Of a stretch of 64,000 bases of DNA, positions 1-20,436 are shown piece by piece. The translations under genes and the position numbers were made by a program. The first letter of the stretch is position 1. Each line of letters begins with the position of its first letter. The notes beneath the pieces are model-generated. The model ran no database searches. It saw only the letters and a list, made by a program, of their open reading frames with translations, and had not been told where the DNA came from. Source of the DNA: Ramazzottius varieornatus (taxonomy: Eukaryota; Animalia; Tardigrada); the NCBI GenBank assembly GCA_001949185.1, contig BDGG01000006.1, positions 416,827-480,826 of the forward strand, read 5' to 3'.

Positions 1-2383
1 CATCGGAGGTGGTCCAGCCGCTCCAGCTGGCCCATTATCCGGCCCCGGGCCCTGGTAGTAAGGACCTCTTGGTCCATCCGAGTAAGGTGTCGGGTTCATC
101 TGCGAGCCATCTCCCTGGTACATTGGCCCACGACCTGGTGGCGGAGAGCCAAACCGCCATCGACCGGGCTGGTACATGCCTGCTCTGTCCCGCGGTGGAC
201 CACCTCGTGGTGGACCGTTGTCCATGTAGCCGAATGCTGAAGGCCCGACATCGGGGTCGCTGGTCATGTCCGAAAGGGATAATCCTTCCGGTCGAACACG
301 CCGACGTTCAACCAGCCGTGAATCCTGGTCATTACTGTTCAAAAAAATATTAAAACTAGTGTCAGAAGGCGAGCACACCTTAACGCTTTATGGCGTCTGC
401 AAGCTTGAATAGTTGGACAGTAGAAGATTGGCAGACTAGAGGCACTGCATCGATGTTGCATTCCGACTGTACAGTACGTCCATACATTGTGCAGAGTATC
501 GCACGAAGCATCTAACTTAGTTTTCTATTGACTCTGCTGAGGAGAAGTCTCCCACTGACTCTTGTGTAATAACCGGGTCAGTTTGTAACATAGATTGACT
601 GACAACTTACGCATGGGAAACTGGTGTTCCAACATCAGCAGACCAGGTTTTTCCTGGTGGTCCACGTTGTGAAGGCGACCAGTTCGATGGTCCTCTGTTG
701 AAGGAGCTGGCAGACGCAGCTTGGCCATAGTCCGCTCTTGACGATTGCGGACCATTGGGTGGGGGATTGCGTACTCGGATAGGCTTATATCCGTTAGCGA
801 GCGCGTTGCTGCTGGTGGAGTCGACATAGGCCAGACTTTGTGAAGCGTCGCCTTGCAGCAAGGCAGGTAAGGCGTTTTGTGGCTCCGGTGGGCGGATGTA
901 ACAGCTACAGGCGGTGGGCAAGCGGAAAATGTCGGTGTACAGGCCACGTCTAAATTGAAACAGAAGAGAATCGGTATTTGTTTGCACGCGTAGCTGTGAG
1001 GCTTCAGTGTCAGCGGGAAGAAGAAAGCGTACCCTTGTGGTTCGAAGGCGATCAAGCGTTGGAAGCTGTACTTTTGTACGCAGCGTGTTTCGAAGCTGGT
1101 GGACATGTAGCTGCATGGTGCATGTGGGTAAAAACATTGCTCCAGCCGCACTAGAATGAAATAGAGGAAAGCTTCCTTTCACTTTTTATATACGATGTAA
1201 ACGACATAATTCGGGCATATCGAGTTTCGCACCATAATTCGGGCAACGCGAAAGATGTGAACATTACCTTCAACGCTTGATCCATCCCTCATCGTACGTG
1301 TGTTGATCCAACATTAGGCTTTCTAACACTGGACAGACCCATCTCTATACCAGGCCAAATTCCCGTATTCTACAACGCTTTCCCGTTCTCAAACCTGTTG
1401 AAACCTCGAGGAGAGGGATCACTCTACCTCAGGAAACAAGAAGCGGTTCATTACGCGCAGCAGGATCTGAGAAAAAATATGCCCGAATTACGAGTGAAAA
1501 ACCACTATGCCCGAATTATGTCGTTTACCTCGTACAGTATACAAGGTATGCATTGTTTCATCCCATTATGTTTTCGTCTGGCCTTTTGATCGGGATTTTT
1601 GCTACGATTTCATCTCAACATTTCCACTCAAGATTCAGAGCAATGTACTGTACAATACCTGTCTGTGTCCAGGGTTTGAGGTTGACAATGTACTGCCATT
1701 CACCGCGAGCGTTCATTGCTTGGTAGATTGAACCATAGTTGATGAAGCTAGAAAACATGCATCATGCATTTACACTGTAGTACGAGTACTCGTAAAGGAA
1801 ATGCTCGGCTGGTGTCAGAATGACAGACTTACGCTGGACAAATGTAGCCGCCATCTTTGAAATAGTCATTCTTGTAGGCGTAGTTTTTATAGGCCGGACT
1901 ATTCCTGGCGGCGGATTTGGTGGGTAGATTCATTTTGTCTCCATAATAGAAGGCATAGTCATAGGTGGCTTCCTCGTCGACAGCCACACCGTCCACCAGG
2001 CTCGACGTCGTCTGATTGCTGACTTCGGCATACATTTTGTAAAAGACACCATAATTGGTGCTGATTTCCCGCTGAATGTCATCACTGCAACAAATGGTAG
2101 TCATATAGAAGCCCGTCAAGCACCGATATAGGTTCGTTAATTGTTGGCTGCAGGATCTGTACCTGGGATATCGCGCGTCATCCAAGCAGAAGGTGAGGGT
2201 GGTGGCTTTGGCGCATTCGGGCCGGTCCGGAGCCAGAACAAGGCGCGACGAAGTCACTTCGTTGCCGGTTTCGTCGTAGGTACTGTGCGGCGAGTCATCC
2301 CCCAAAGACAAAGCTGCCACTATCACTAATACCCAACTCCCAATCCATACGCCATGCACCATTAGCTTCCATAATTTCCTCAT
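1..2383 (-). CDS. Spaetzle / neurotrophin-1-like secreted cystine-knot protein (spliced; 3' end runs off the window)
   Basis: Signal peptide, then CAKATTLTFCLDDARYP and GGYICPA. An exon near 1660-1748 reads FINYGSIYQAMNARGEWQYIVNLKPWTQT. Later exons give RLEQCFYPHAPCSY...CVQKYSFQRLIAFEP and RGLYTDIFRLPTACSC, the Spaetzle cystine-knot pattern. Approximate exons: 2383-2162, 2085-1832, 1748-1659, 1151-1033, 959-611, 334-<1. Confidence 0.9.
1193..1532. mobile_element. Tc1/mariner-type MITE in a spaetzle intron
   Basis: TIR CGA(T/G)GTAAACGACATAATTCGGGCATA at both ends, TA on both flanks, and an internal repeat of ATAATTCGGGCA. Confidence 0.8.
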
Positions 2384-3059
2384 TTGCCAATTTCAACCGA
2401 ACACTACAATATAACGACTCGTCGACGAAATACCGATGGCGAAGCCTTGAATGTGCGAAGACTGTATCCTGGGACCCGTTGTTGGACAAAACCGCCTGAC
2501 GATACGTGCTATAACCGTGAAAGTTGTATTGCTGTCCTGCGCTCGTGTCAGAGTGCGAAACGTCGCAGCTGGCGCCATTATCCAATATGGCTCAGGGCTT
2601 CAGGTAACGCACCGAGCTGACGCGGCGTTTTTTTCTTCCAGTGGGTCGTCAACTGTCGGATTCGGGCATTTGAGCAAGAACAAGAGGGCAATGTCATCCC
2701 TTGAGCATTGCACTGCTGAAGACGACCTTGGTCACAGTCCATGCCTTACACAGTACATTTTAAAGGAGATCCCGCTAGACTCAATAGGCTTGCGGTAGCG
2801 TCGACTTAATCAGTCATAGTAAACCAGCACACTATCTGTAGTAACTTTTGATTGGTCGTTTTTGCCTTTTTTTAGTCAATTATGTACTGTACAGTAGTTT
2901 AACGAAATTATAACAGAAGAATGATATTGATAGCGTAGCATACTGGACACTCAATTCTATCATTAGGTTGCTACAGTCGGAAGAGTGAGAGTCATACCAA
3001 CTTCCTTATCACAAACTCAACAAGAAAAGTCTTGCTTTGGCTAAGCTAGTAAATAATCA

Positions 3060-11052
<7,993 letters not shown>

Positions 11053-13893
11053 CTTCCACGCTCTTTATAGGGAGACTGGCTGGATAGCCCGAGGGTCCTT
11101 AATTGTCAAAACGGGTAAAGAGGGGGATTTGCGGACAAGAGACGAGCGCCAGCCAACTTAGGACAAGTCGCCGTGTACACAAGGCCGCCAGCTAGGGATG
11201 GAGAGATGGAAGACCGGACTTTGTCGGCCAGAAATTAAATGAGGCAACATCTGCTCCCTCTTGATGATGGAGAGCAGAAAAAACGAGCCCCTCTGCAAAC
11301 GCCAAAAAGCAATCTTGTAAACTCGATCGACGTCGATTATCACGATTAGACATCCAGTGTCTCGTTCTTGAGTCAATATGGACATGTTCCTGCAATCTAC
11401 TCCTTACGACAACCCAACAACTTCTTCCCAATAACGCGCACATCGATGGCCGATTTTATCTCGGGGTACTCTCCTCCAGATGTACGCCCTTCTCTGTATA
11501 TCTCGACCCCCTTGCGTGTCTGGCTTTCCCTCAAGCTTTCCGATATGCCAGCCGCATCCCCGTTACACTGTAGGCTTGTCATCGTCTATCTTCCCCCCGG
11601 TAAACTTCGAGGTCGCTGAATAGCTTTCCATATGGCTGATTAACCCTATAGTGTGTCAAGGAGCTAATTTTGCGTCCGGGCATACTTTTCGTGTTGATGG
11701 CTGGAAGAAGCTCACTAAAGTCTTCAACCGTCCTTTCTGGCAGTGGGTTCTGTGGGCTGTACCGAAATGATCAATGGAGGACCATTGGGTGGAATTAAGA
11801 TATGAATTGTATGGACTGGTGTTTATACGCAATGGTGGGAGCGCGCAAGTGCCATCGATTTATCGTATTGGCATTTGCTATTCCGTCCTTGTTCGCCAAG
11901 GCACTGGCCAAGGAGTGCCAGCTCGCAGAAGAAAGCTCCTTAATGACAAAAAGCAAGGTCTCCATATCGACTGCGCAACTTCCACTTCTTTCATCGATTC
12001 TTACATGTCGGCAAATCTTATGGCCAGACTATCGTTTGTCGATCAAAGCCTGATTCGGCCATTTTTCGACGGTCACTTAGGCCCTTTTTATTTGACATTC
12101 GTCTGGCAGATGTTGCTTCCACTTATGAGCTACGCTGAAGGTTTGAATTTCGCCACACGTAATAAAAGGGAAGAATTGCCGCACTTACCATTCAAATATC
12201 CACAGCAAACATCCGACAGATTTTGGCAAGAATACACATGGAAGAAAGCTCAAGGAAGCTAGTTTTTTTATCCAGTCTTTATGCAACAACCGACGTCATG
12301 CTTTCGTTCGATACAGCCACCATCATAATTAATCCAATATTTATTCCCGCTAAACAGCCGCAAAACAAACAAGGCCAAGTAGCTTTTACACAGTGGCCAC
12401 ATCCAGCTGAAAAAATAAATCCTTCCGGCTAAATATCGTCATCAGTCCCCTTTATCCACTAATCCTGACCAATATGCACAAGGTCGTCATCTTCCCAATT
12501 ACAGAAGAGATTTCGTCAACTCGGGGCTGTAATCAAGCAGAATCGACGAACGGAAAACAGACTTTACAGTTGGCACAAGCAAATATAATAAAGTAGGAGG
12601 ATAAATGTCGTCAATATTGCTGGGGCACGTCGTTCCTGACATAGTGCTCCACATCTGCCTTCCGATCCCCTTTCCGGACAAGCCTGCACCTCATTGTACG
12701 TCCAACACAATCAGCGGATGTCTTTTCGCTGTCGAACTGTTCAGACTTTTGTGTACTCTTATTCAAAAGTGAAGAAAGACAGTTGGCTTCCTTCGATGGA
12801 AGCGTACTCTGCATAAAATGCCAATATTTGAAAGCTGTGCGCGTGTTGGAGGAAGAGAAGGATGGTTTGCGTGTTGTACTTGTGCTCGATAAAGCTCGAG
12901 AGCGACAGGGGATGGAAGATCGCTGGTAGTGAGATGCGTAATGTGGAGCTATAAACAACATCCTGCGGCCTGGCAGCCTGGCCCGCTACTACAGTACTAC
13001 CGGCGTTAACGATCCGAGTTCCTGCCTCGGTCGTCAGCTTCTCCCTGCGTATGACCGATGTGCATGCAACGGAAGCTTCAAATTGAATGTAGAGATCTAG
13101 CTGCCTATGGCACTTGCATCCAGCCTTTCTCAATCAATGAGAGACCTACAGTATGAGCCGAGACTCCATGTCCGCTGATATATATACCAACGATCGATAC
13201 CGCGCGGCTCCTGCAGTGTGACCGGTCCGTAGAGCCTTCCATCCACAACAAGACGATTGTTATAATAGGTCCCAACACAGATGGCGCTCTTGTACCTGAA
13301 GACATCCCTATTACAAGAAAACTCTTCCTTCAGCTGAAATATCATTTATGGAGAGGTGCGCACGACTATTCAAACAATCACCAAGGAGGCGGTATCGATA
13401 AAAGAGCATGGAAGCCTTGAAAAGGGACCCAGTTCTTTTGCCCAGTAATGTATTGGCAAATCAGCGGCCTCGTCAAACTGTCGATACAGTGGGTCCACAA
13501 CGATACAGGTGCGATGGTTGACCGTTTGCCCGTTGATGTTGCAGTCGGCGTCCATTTTGGACCGTTGACACCTACGTCAGAGAGCTTTGATTACGTCATC
13601 GGCGCAAATCTGTACGACAGTTGCTCCCCTGTTCCCGAATTTTGCCAGGACGTCCAGAATTTGAATTCGCCCATTCAGTTTACCTCAGCCTATAGATTCG
13701 CGTCTCCTTTATCTTACAGCCGTACCGTTTTCAGGATCGGAATGGACCGACTGGCGTCAATCCCTTGTAAGGACAACCGTCAGATAGCACAGTATCTTGG
13801 AAGTGGAGAGGCCGGTGTAAAAGTATTGGATCAAAAGAGTGGGCACATTGTGTGTGAGCAATGTACAGATTAAGCGCCATGTCCTGTTCGCTT

Positions 13894-14090
13894 TGCGCGC
13901 GAAGGGCAAGTTTGGAACAGGAAAAAGTTCGGAACAGGCGGAAAAGGCGCCAAATTTGGAATTCAGCCGTAGAAATTTGTCAAACAGTGCATTGCTATGA
14001 AATGCACATGCACGTACCAACTTCAGTTCCGCTGTTTCGAAATCGCCTGTTCCGAACTTTCTACTGCTCCAAACTTTCCCTTCGCGCGTG
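13894..14090. mobile_element. MITE family A, divergent copy
   Basis: ~45-bp TIR cgcgcgaagggcaagtttggaacaggaaaaagttcggaacaggcg versus cgcctgttccgaactttctactgctccaaactttcccttcgcgcg. The core resembles the reverse complement of 14385-14585. Confidence 0.75.
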
Positions 14091-14183
14091 TAGCTAAAAA
14101 AAGCCGCAACGTAACTCATATGCGGAGCAGCCGATGACAACTTTGAATGGTTGGGCTGCCACCATGCTTCACAATGCTAGCTA
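14091..14183 (-). mobile_element. Fragment of MITE family C (related to the 45602-48807 transposon)
   Basis: ttgaatggttgggctgccaccatgcttcacaatgctagc matches the reverse complement of ~31950-31990 and ~45745-45781. Confidence 0.65.
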
Positions 14184-14384
14184 CGAGTACTCATCTGGAA
14201 TCATATGTTAAACGCACTATCTTGGTGATGCTCCAAGACGCACGACCATCCATATAGCTAAGATGGTGTACCGATACTTTCGAAAGAAGGAGCTTGGCGC
14301 GTCCGATCATCCTTCCGGAAGTCGGGATCGTAATCCGGTGAGGAACTAGTTCGGTTTGACGCAGCAGAAGAAGAGTTCTCCATA

Positions 14385-14585
14385 CACGCACGACGGGAAA
14401 TTATGGGGCCAGTAAGAATTATGGGACCAGACCTTTTCGCTACGGCGGTACGGAAGCACGTACGTACGTGACCGATTCATAGTAATGCACTTTTGGACAC
14501 TTTTCTACGTTTGAATTTCCATTTTGAAGTCTTTTCCGCCTGCTCCCATAATTTTTACTGGCCCCATAATTTCTCGTCGTGCGTG
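14385..14585. mobile_element. MITE family A (CACGC... TIR, TA target)
   Basis: ~42-bp TIR cacgcacgacgggaaattatggggccagtaagaattatggga versus tcccataatttttactggccccataatttctcgtcgtgcgtg; other copies occur in the window. Confidence 0.85.
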
Positions 14586-15594
14586 TCCTATATAAACGAT
14601 GGATCAAGCCCTTCAGTGTATTTTCTGGAGAGTCCGCACTGCCAAATACTGTCGGTCCCCTATCATATTGATGCTTCGTATACCTGGTTCTCTGGCATAT
14701 ACCCTCGGATGAGAAGCTCAGTCGGGCAGCGCTGGTGGATTCCGTAACTGCAGAACGTTGAAAAGGCTTGACGCAGTGACGGCCTCACAAAATGGGGTTT
14801 TCCTTGAATACCGCTGATACTACGAAAGTACGATCTGTCGACAGCGTAAAAGTGGGATACGGAAGACGTATGGGTGGAGAAACGGAACCTCTTGATGTGA
14901 TTATTCGAATATAACATTCATGATCACGCTCAGTCAGCCCTAGGTGGTGGGTGGTCGCTTTATCGTCACCGTAGCCACCACATCTCTACAGTTTATCTCA
15001 TCGGCAAGTCACGCGTTTGGGCCACTGAGCGATATCAAGCTGTCCGGAGAATTATTTTGTATGGCCTTCATTGGCTTAACGCCATTCGCCCTGCTTCCCA
15101 CCGCAGACTCGTGCGGCTGGGCATTGGGTTTCCAAAGTCTTGGTCGTCGTACCGCTGGAAATGCTTGTTGCGCGCAGATTTCTGTACCAGTACGACACCA
15201 ACGCGCGGTGTGACCACAGAATATACAGTAGCTGACCGGAAACAGCACATCGTTGATACGTAGCCGCATGAAACGCTTCCAGAAAATCACACCGCATAGA
15301 TAACTTATATAGTGATACAAATAATCCAAGCTACTGTATGCTCTCCCGAAATTCATGTACGTCACTGATTCAGACTGTTATGGTCACCGCATGAGAACTC
15401 TTTCTCTAGTTTTACACTCTGAATGGAGTGACGTACGTGAATTTCGGGAGAGTATACAGTACAGAACCGTGGCTACAAATGTAAAAACCAGAGTATCAGG
15501 AAAGTACATCAATACGCTGGCCTTGAAAATCAAAAAGATATATTCGAACCGATGGCTTTGCAATGTGGGTACATATTGTGCGCTAGGGTTATGC

Positions 15595-16410
15595 CTAGCT
15601 GGCAAGCGATCCAGACACCTTGCCGGACATGGTTTTAATGAATAAGTGGGCATTGAACTTTAGCTCCGAGTAGGCTTTCAGCTGATCCGGGCGGCGTAAG
15701 GCCGTACCGTTATAGACCTTTTTCTGACTCTCTTCCTTCAGCACCACGTTGATATCCTCTATCAAAGCCAGCAGCCAGTTTTGACAATTGTTGGAGCAGG
15801 GGTTATAGGTGGAACCGTTGTGCCTGTTTTTGACCGCCAGCTCGTAGATGATGTCTACGGAAATTTCAATATGCCCCAGGTGGATACCGCATAGCTCAAC
15901 GTGATCGGCGATTGGCTCCATTTCTTCCTTGGTCATGATTTTGTATTCAAATTGCACCTTGTTCCCTATAGTTCGTTCTTCCACCCACATCCAGAAATAA
16001 TTTCCGCCACGCATCAAAAACTTGAATATGATGGACCAGTGCTTGAATTCAGCGCATTCCAGCTGATCATCCAAGACTTTGGATTTCCACAGCTGTTTTT
16101 TCCAGTATCTGTCCGCTTTTAGTGTTGCTACCACTACCTTGGGTGGCAGTAGTCCAAAGTCGACCATCTCAGTATAGACGTACGCCTGGACCGGATATTT
16201 ACAGTAGTACTCGCCCACAGTAAGTAAATCTTCTAGATCCATCGGTCCGTCTGCAAGACGAACGGCAACTCAAAAGGTGAACAACTGTCAGAAGTGATGA
16301 CTGCCTACATAACGAATCATGCGCTTACCTGTTGGTCGCTGGCGATGGCCATTAACGAGAGCAGTCCCGGTTCCAGGGATGTGAACGTTACGAGACGCAT
16401 TCGCACCCAT
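15595..16410 (-). CDS. PPPDE/LRAT-like permuted papain-fold (NlpC/P60) protein with a predicted N-myristoylation site
   Basis: Exon 1 (16410-16329, MGANASRNVHIPG...) splices in phase 1 to exon 2 (16250-15595). Catalytic-type motifs FKHWSIIF and YNPCSNNCQNW, with His before Cys. Confidence 0.72.
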
Positions 16411-17221
16411 TGTGGTAACTTTAGTTAGTATGTTGTCTATGAACCAAGAGTCAATAAGCTAGAGCATAATTAAAAGGTTAACATGAAAGAGTGAAGAAGA
16501 AGTTGCTGCATTATTTTCGTCGTTAAATACTCAACGCTCGAAATACGCTGAACAACAAATGTCAGTAAGATAAGAGCCCACCCATACGTTGGCTTTAGCA
16601 ACGTTCTGTAGCTTTCACACTTATTCGTCGACTTTGTGATCGGGCATAAGGCGAAACATACCATCCTACCTGGAGCGGAGACCGCTCAATTCACTTCGTA
16701 GTAGCTTATCACCTGTGTCTGTCCCCAATCTGGCCGGTGTTTGTATTTGTGCTACACGTGCAAGGTACTACAGTAAGGTCATATAACTTGCAGCCGTACC
16801 AGTCGCTGAAGTATTCGTAAAGTCGTAACACCTTGAGCACGAGACGGTAAACTGACTTTCCTGGCGCACACTAATTTCTACGTAGCGAAATTCCAGCTCA
16901 ACTTTTGCTGCCCGTTTTTTTCACGTTTGCCGGAAAAATTGTATTCTATTGAAACCGCAACTAAGGCCACTGGATAGTGGCTATGAAAAACTCCCTGAAT
17001 TTGTTTTTCTGGACGGGAATGCTGTCGTAGCCAGCAGATTTTCGTTCAGGCAGGCTCTCGGTTGGCTTAAAGTCTCCAGAGCAACGGCAGCTCTAGTTCA
17101 GATGTTCTTGTATCTTGGTAAAATTTTGGATTTCAAAAAGGATCTCCTCAGTGGTCTATATTAAATTATGAAGGTCGATCGTTTTGAGCTAGTAGGTGGC
17201 GCACCGTACATTATATTCCTA

Positions 17222-17418
17222 CCGATACTCTTACACGATTGATACGACTCTTAGCTCTCGACGAACTATGGGAAAGAATTGCCACTGGACTGTAACAGTG
17301 GTTCTACAGCGAACGACGCACCTTCGGGATTTTCTGTAGCTCCAGAAAGGGGTCGGTGGTATTTTTCCCCATAGTTCGTTGAGAGCTAAGAGTCGTATCT
17401 ATCGCGTAAGAGCATCGG
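17222..17418. mobile_element. MITE with ~55-bp TIRs and TA target duplication
   Basis: ccgatactcttacacgattgatacgactcttagctctcgacgaactatggg versus cccatagttcgttgagagctaagagtcgtatctatcgcgtaagagcatcgg; TA on both sides. Confidence 0.85.
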
Positions 17419-18396
17419 TAATATGATCGGCGTTTGTCATGGTCTGCAGGTTCCCTTGTTAGTGCTATGGCAACAGTAGGCAACAGGCATCCGTGTACTC
17501 AGTTATCTGGTCGTGTAAAGCTTATTCAATACCGATAAATGGGTTGCGACCCAGTACGTTTTAAGAACGTCGGCTGACCTAGCATACTACCCGTGTTCAA
17601 AAAGGTTCATTACTAGCTACACCGTTTCATCGAGTTATGGAAAAACCTTCTCAATTGATGTATTCGCGCCTCTCAAACTAATACAGAACGCTTTTATCGT
17701 GTGTAATACGTAGACCCAAGTAATCAACCTGGGCAACGTTAGACTGTGAAAAATCACAACTGCCATCCGCCAACACAGAACTGTGAAGTTGCGTTGTACT
17801 AGTGACGTTGGGGTACAGCGGTACGTAGAGTGTTTCTGCGCTAAACAGCGTACCTGCTCTGAAGGGTCCAGAGTCAACGTTTGGCTTCCGGCCTCCGCTA
17901 GCTTGACTTGCTGCGTATTCGGTTTGCTAGCTTGTTAGTTTCTACAGTCGAATCGCGACGCTGACTGCACTAGGGCAGGAAGAACATGGCAAGTGCAGCA
18001 TCAAGTCCTTAGATGAATATTTAAGACTTTGCAAGAAAGCTGGTGCAGGCTGTCCCCCGTAGCGTAATATCGAAACTTTCGACAGAAAGAGGTGTTTGCA
18101 GTAGAGTCATCTACGCACTCAGCTGGACACCTGTCGATCACAAAACGCGCGGCCAAGTATCAGCTATTGTCTTCACGGCGCAAAGCCATCCGATCGTCGT
18201 TCGACTGTGACTGTTTGCCGATAACACCTGACACATCACGTCACCTTTGACGTTCGACAAAAAACCAAAAAATTAAAAGCTCGCCCAACATGATATGATT
18301 TATCACGAGTCTTTAGCAAACACACTTCTAACACCGATTAAGTGCGGGCTAATCACTCCATAAACGTAAATTTATCGATGAAATCTGGCCTTTAAA

Positions 18397-20210
18397 ATGT
18401 CACCGACCTCAAAGATATTTCTTTGGCGCTGTCTTGATGGATTTATATGTATATTTATCTTGTCGCCCCTGGTGGTGATATATTGGAGGGGTAGTTTCCA
18501 GTTGCTTGATATTTACATCTATCCGTCAGATTTGTTTGTTAGTGCTTGGATCTCAGTGGTTGTGGGAATATGCGGGACAGTCCTCGTCAATGTGTCGCAA
18601 AATCTTCTACACACCAAAGTTGACAAGATTCCCACAAAATGTCTGCAGATATTCTGCAAAAGACTGTACACTTATTTTTACGGCTGGATTATCGTTGTGC
18701 ATTGGCGAGGTACTGTCTTCCACCATAAAGCTATAGATTGTAATAGCCAGGCGGAATTCTTTCCTAAAGACACGTAAATGGCAGCCTGATCGTCGAAATG
18801 TAGGCCGTAAAGCTTTTTTCCAGGGATATGGAGGTTGTGGGATGCCTACACGGGAACCTCCTATGCCAGCGGCTGCATCTCCTTCGCAGCGGGCTGTGCC
18901 ATCCTCCTCCTCCTGAAATGCTTCCGCAATGTCGTGGCTCCGCCTTTAGTCACCGTCTCTGACTTCGATGAGAACTACTTCATCATCAAAACACTCTTTC
19001 GGACTAAGGTGATGTCAATTATGTGTGCACTGGGCAAAGTTTTTCAGTGAGCTGTGGCCAAATAACGTCATCTGCAGCGGGTGTTGAAAGGCAAAAGTAG
19101 CCACATGGTAACCAATCGGCAGGCCCACTTGTATTTGAACAAGAATTTCAGTTGGTCAAAACAGACGGTTTTTCTCTCGATGCCCGCTCCATACTACGCA
19201 GTTTGGCCACGCCCTACTGAAAAGCTTTGTGCAGTGCTCAGATTTTGGAGGTCGAAAACCTATGGAGGCCACCATAAAGTTGGAACACTGGTAGCAAATC
19301 GCTCTCCAGTTTCTTCCATGTTATCGTGAATGTGGATGCTTGAATTTGCAGCTGATGCCTGTAAGACGTCAGTGTGGTTTGTCTTTCAGCCCAGCAGCGG
19401 AGTACTCTATCTCCTTGATAGTATTTTCTCGGTAGCCGTTCCGGGCTCGTTAGTCGTCACCGTGTGGCGCGGCTTATGGACTGCTCTGGATGGCTTGCTA
19501 GAGACCGCCGTTGCCATCCGCACGTTCTACATCTCTGCCGCTTTCGGTTTCGGCATCATAGTCATCCAGTTCTTCCTGCAGTGGCCCGCTGCCTACGTCT
19601 CTAAAAGTCTGGAAGCCAAGTGTTTTCACAGCCTGAAAATAATCTTTGAAGACTGCTTCTTCCTTGTTGCCTGCTTCGGAGTAGTCAACTTATGGCGAGC
19701 CGTATGGGGCTTCTGCGACCTACTTGTCCTCCCTGAGGATTACACTCTGAGCAACTGCCTATGCCATATTACGGGAGCCTTGGCCACCATGTTGCTGTAA
19801 GTATCTTCCACCACCTTTTTAAACTTCCAGGTGAGTCTGCCTTCACCAGTTATCACCCATTGTAGACTTCATGGCAATACCGTCCTAGTCAGGGACGTGC
19901 AAATCGACGGAGAGTACACCCAAGGCAGAGGCTGCTGGTTCTTTTCTAAAAGCCTAACGCTCTTCGAAAAGGTAAGCTGAAGTGTTGCGGAGTTTTTCGT
20001 CATTCAGTTTGAGTGTCTGACATCCATTGGCAGAAATCTGGCTTGTTCTTATCTGGACCAATTCGTCCTGAAATAATTAGCGCAGCGCCGTCTATGGTTG
20101 TGTCAAAGGAAGGTCAGCTTCCTGAGCCACGGGAACCGTCTTCACCAAGAGAAAATTTCTTCGAACAAGAGCGACTGGTCGAGCAGTCACCACAGGCTCA
20201 TGGAATTTGA
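18397..20210 (+). CDS. fusl: Fuseless-family multipass membrane protein (about 5 exons)
   Basis: Repeated fuseless motifs LDxxxxxxxxxxLVVxxWRGxxxxLD (SPLVVIYWRGSFQLLD, GSLVVTVWRGLWTALD), plus YTYFYGWIIVVHWRG, VVNLWRAVW and VAPPLVTVSD. Approximate exons: 18397-18709, 18824-19008, 19391-19796, 19867-19971, 20034-20210. Confidence 0.85.
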
Positions 20211-20436
20211 CAGACCTTACTCAAATGGCGGTTTGGTCTTAGACTAATAAATTTAATTCCTCGTTTTGGACAGCAATCAATCTCAGCTCAGTCCATCTCA
20301 GTTAACTGCCAATAAATTACATTTGCACTTTTGACAGCACTACTTCACTTATGTTCGCATAGATTTCAGCTAGGTTTTTCAAACCGGTTGATAAAATTGA
20401 ACGTGACAGTACATTGCGCAACGTTGTCATTGTCAA

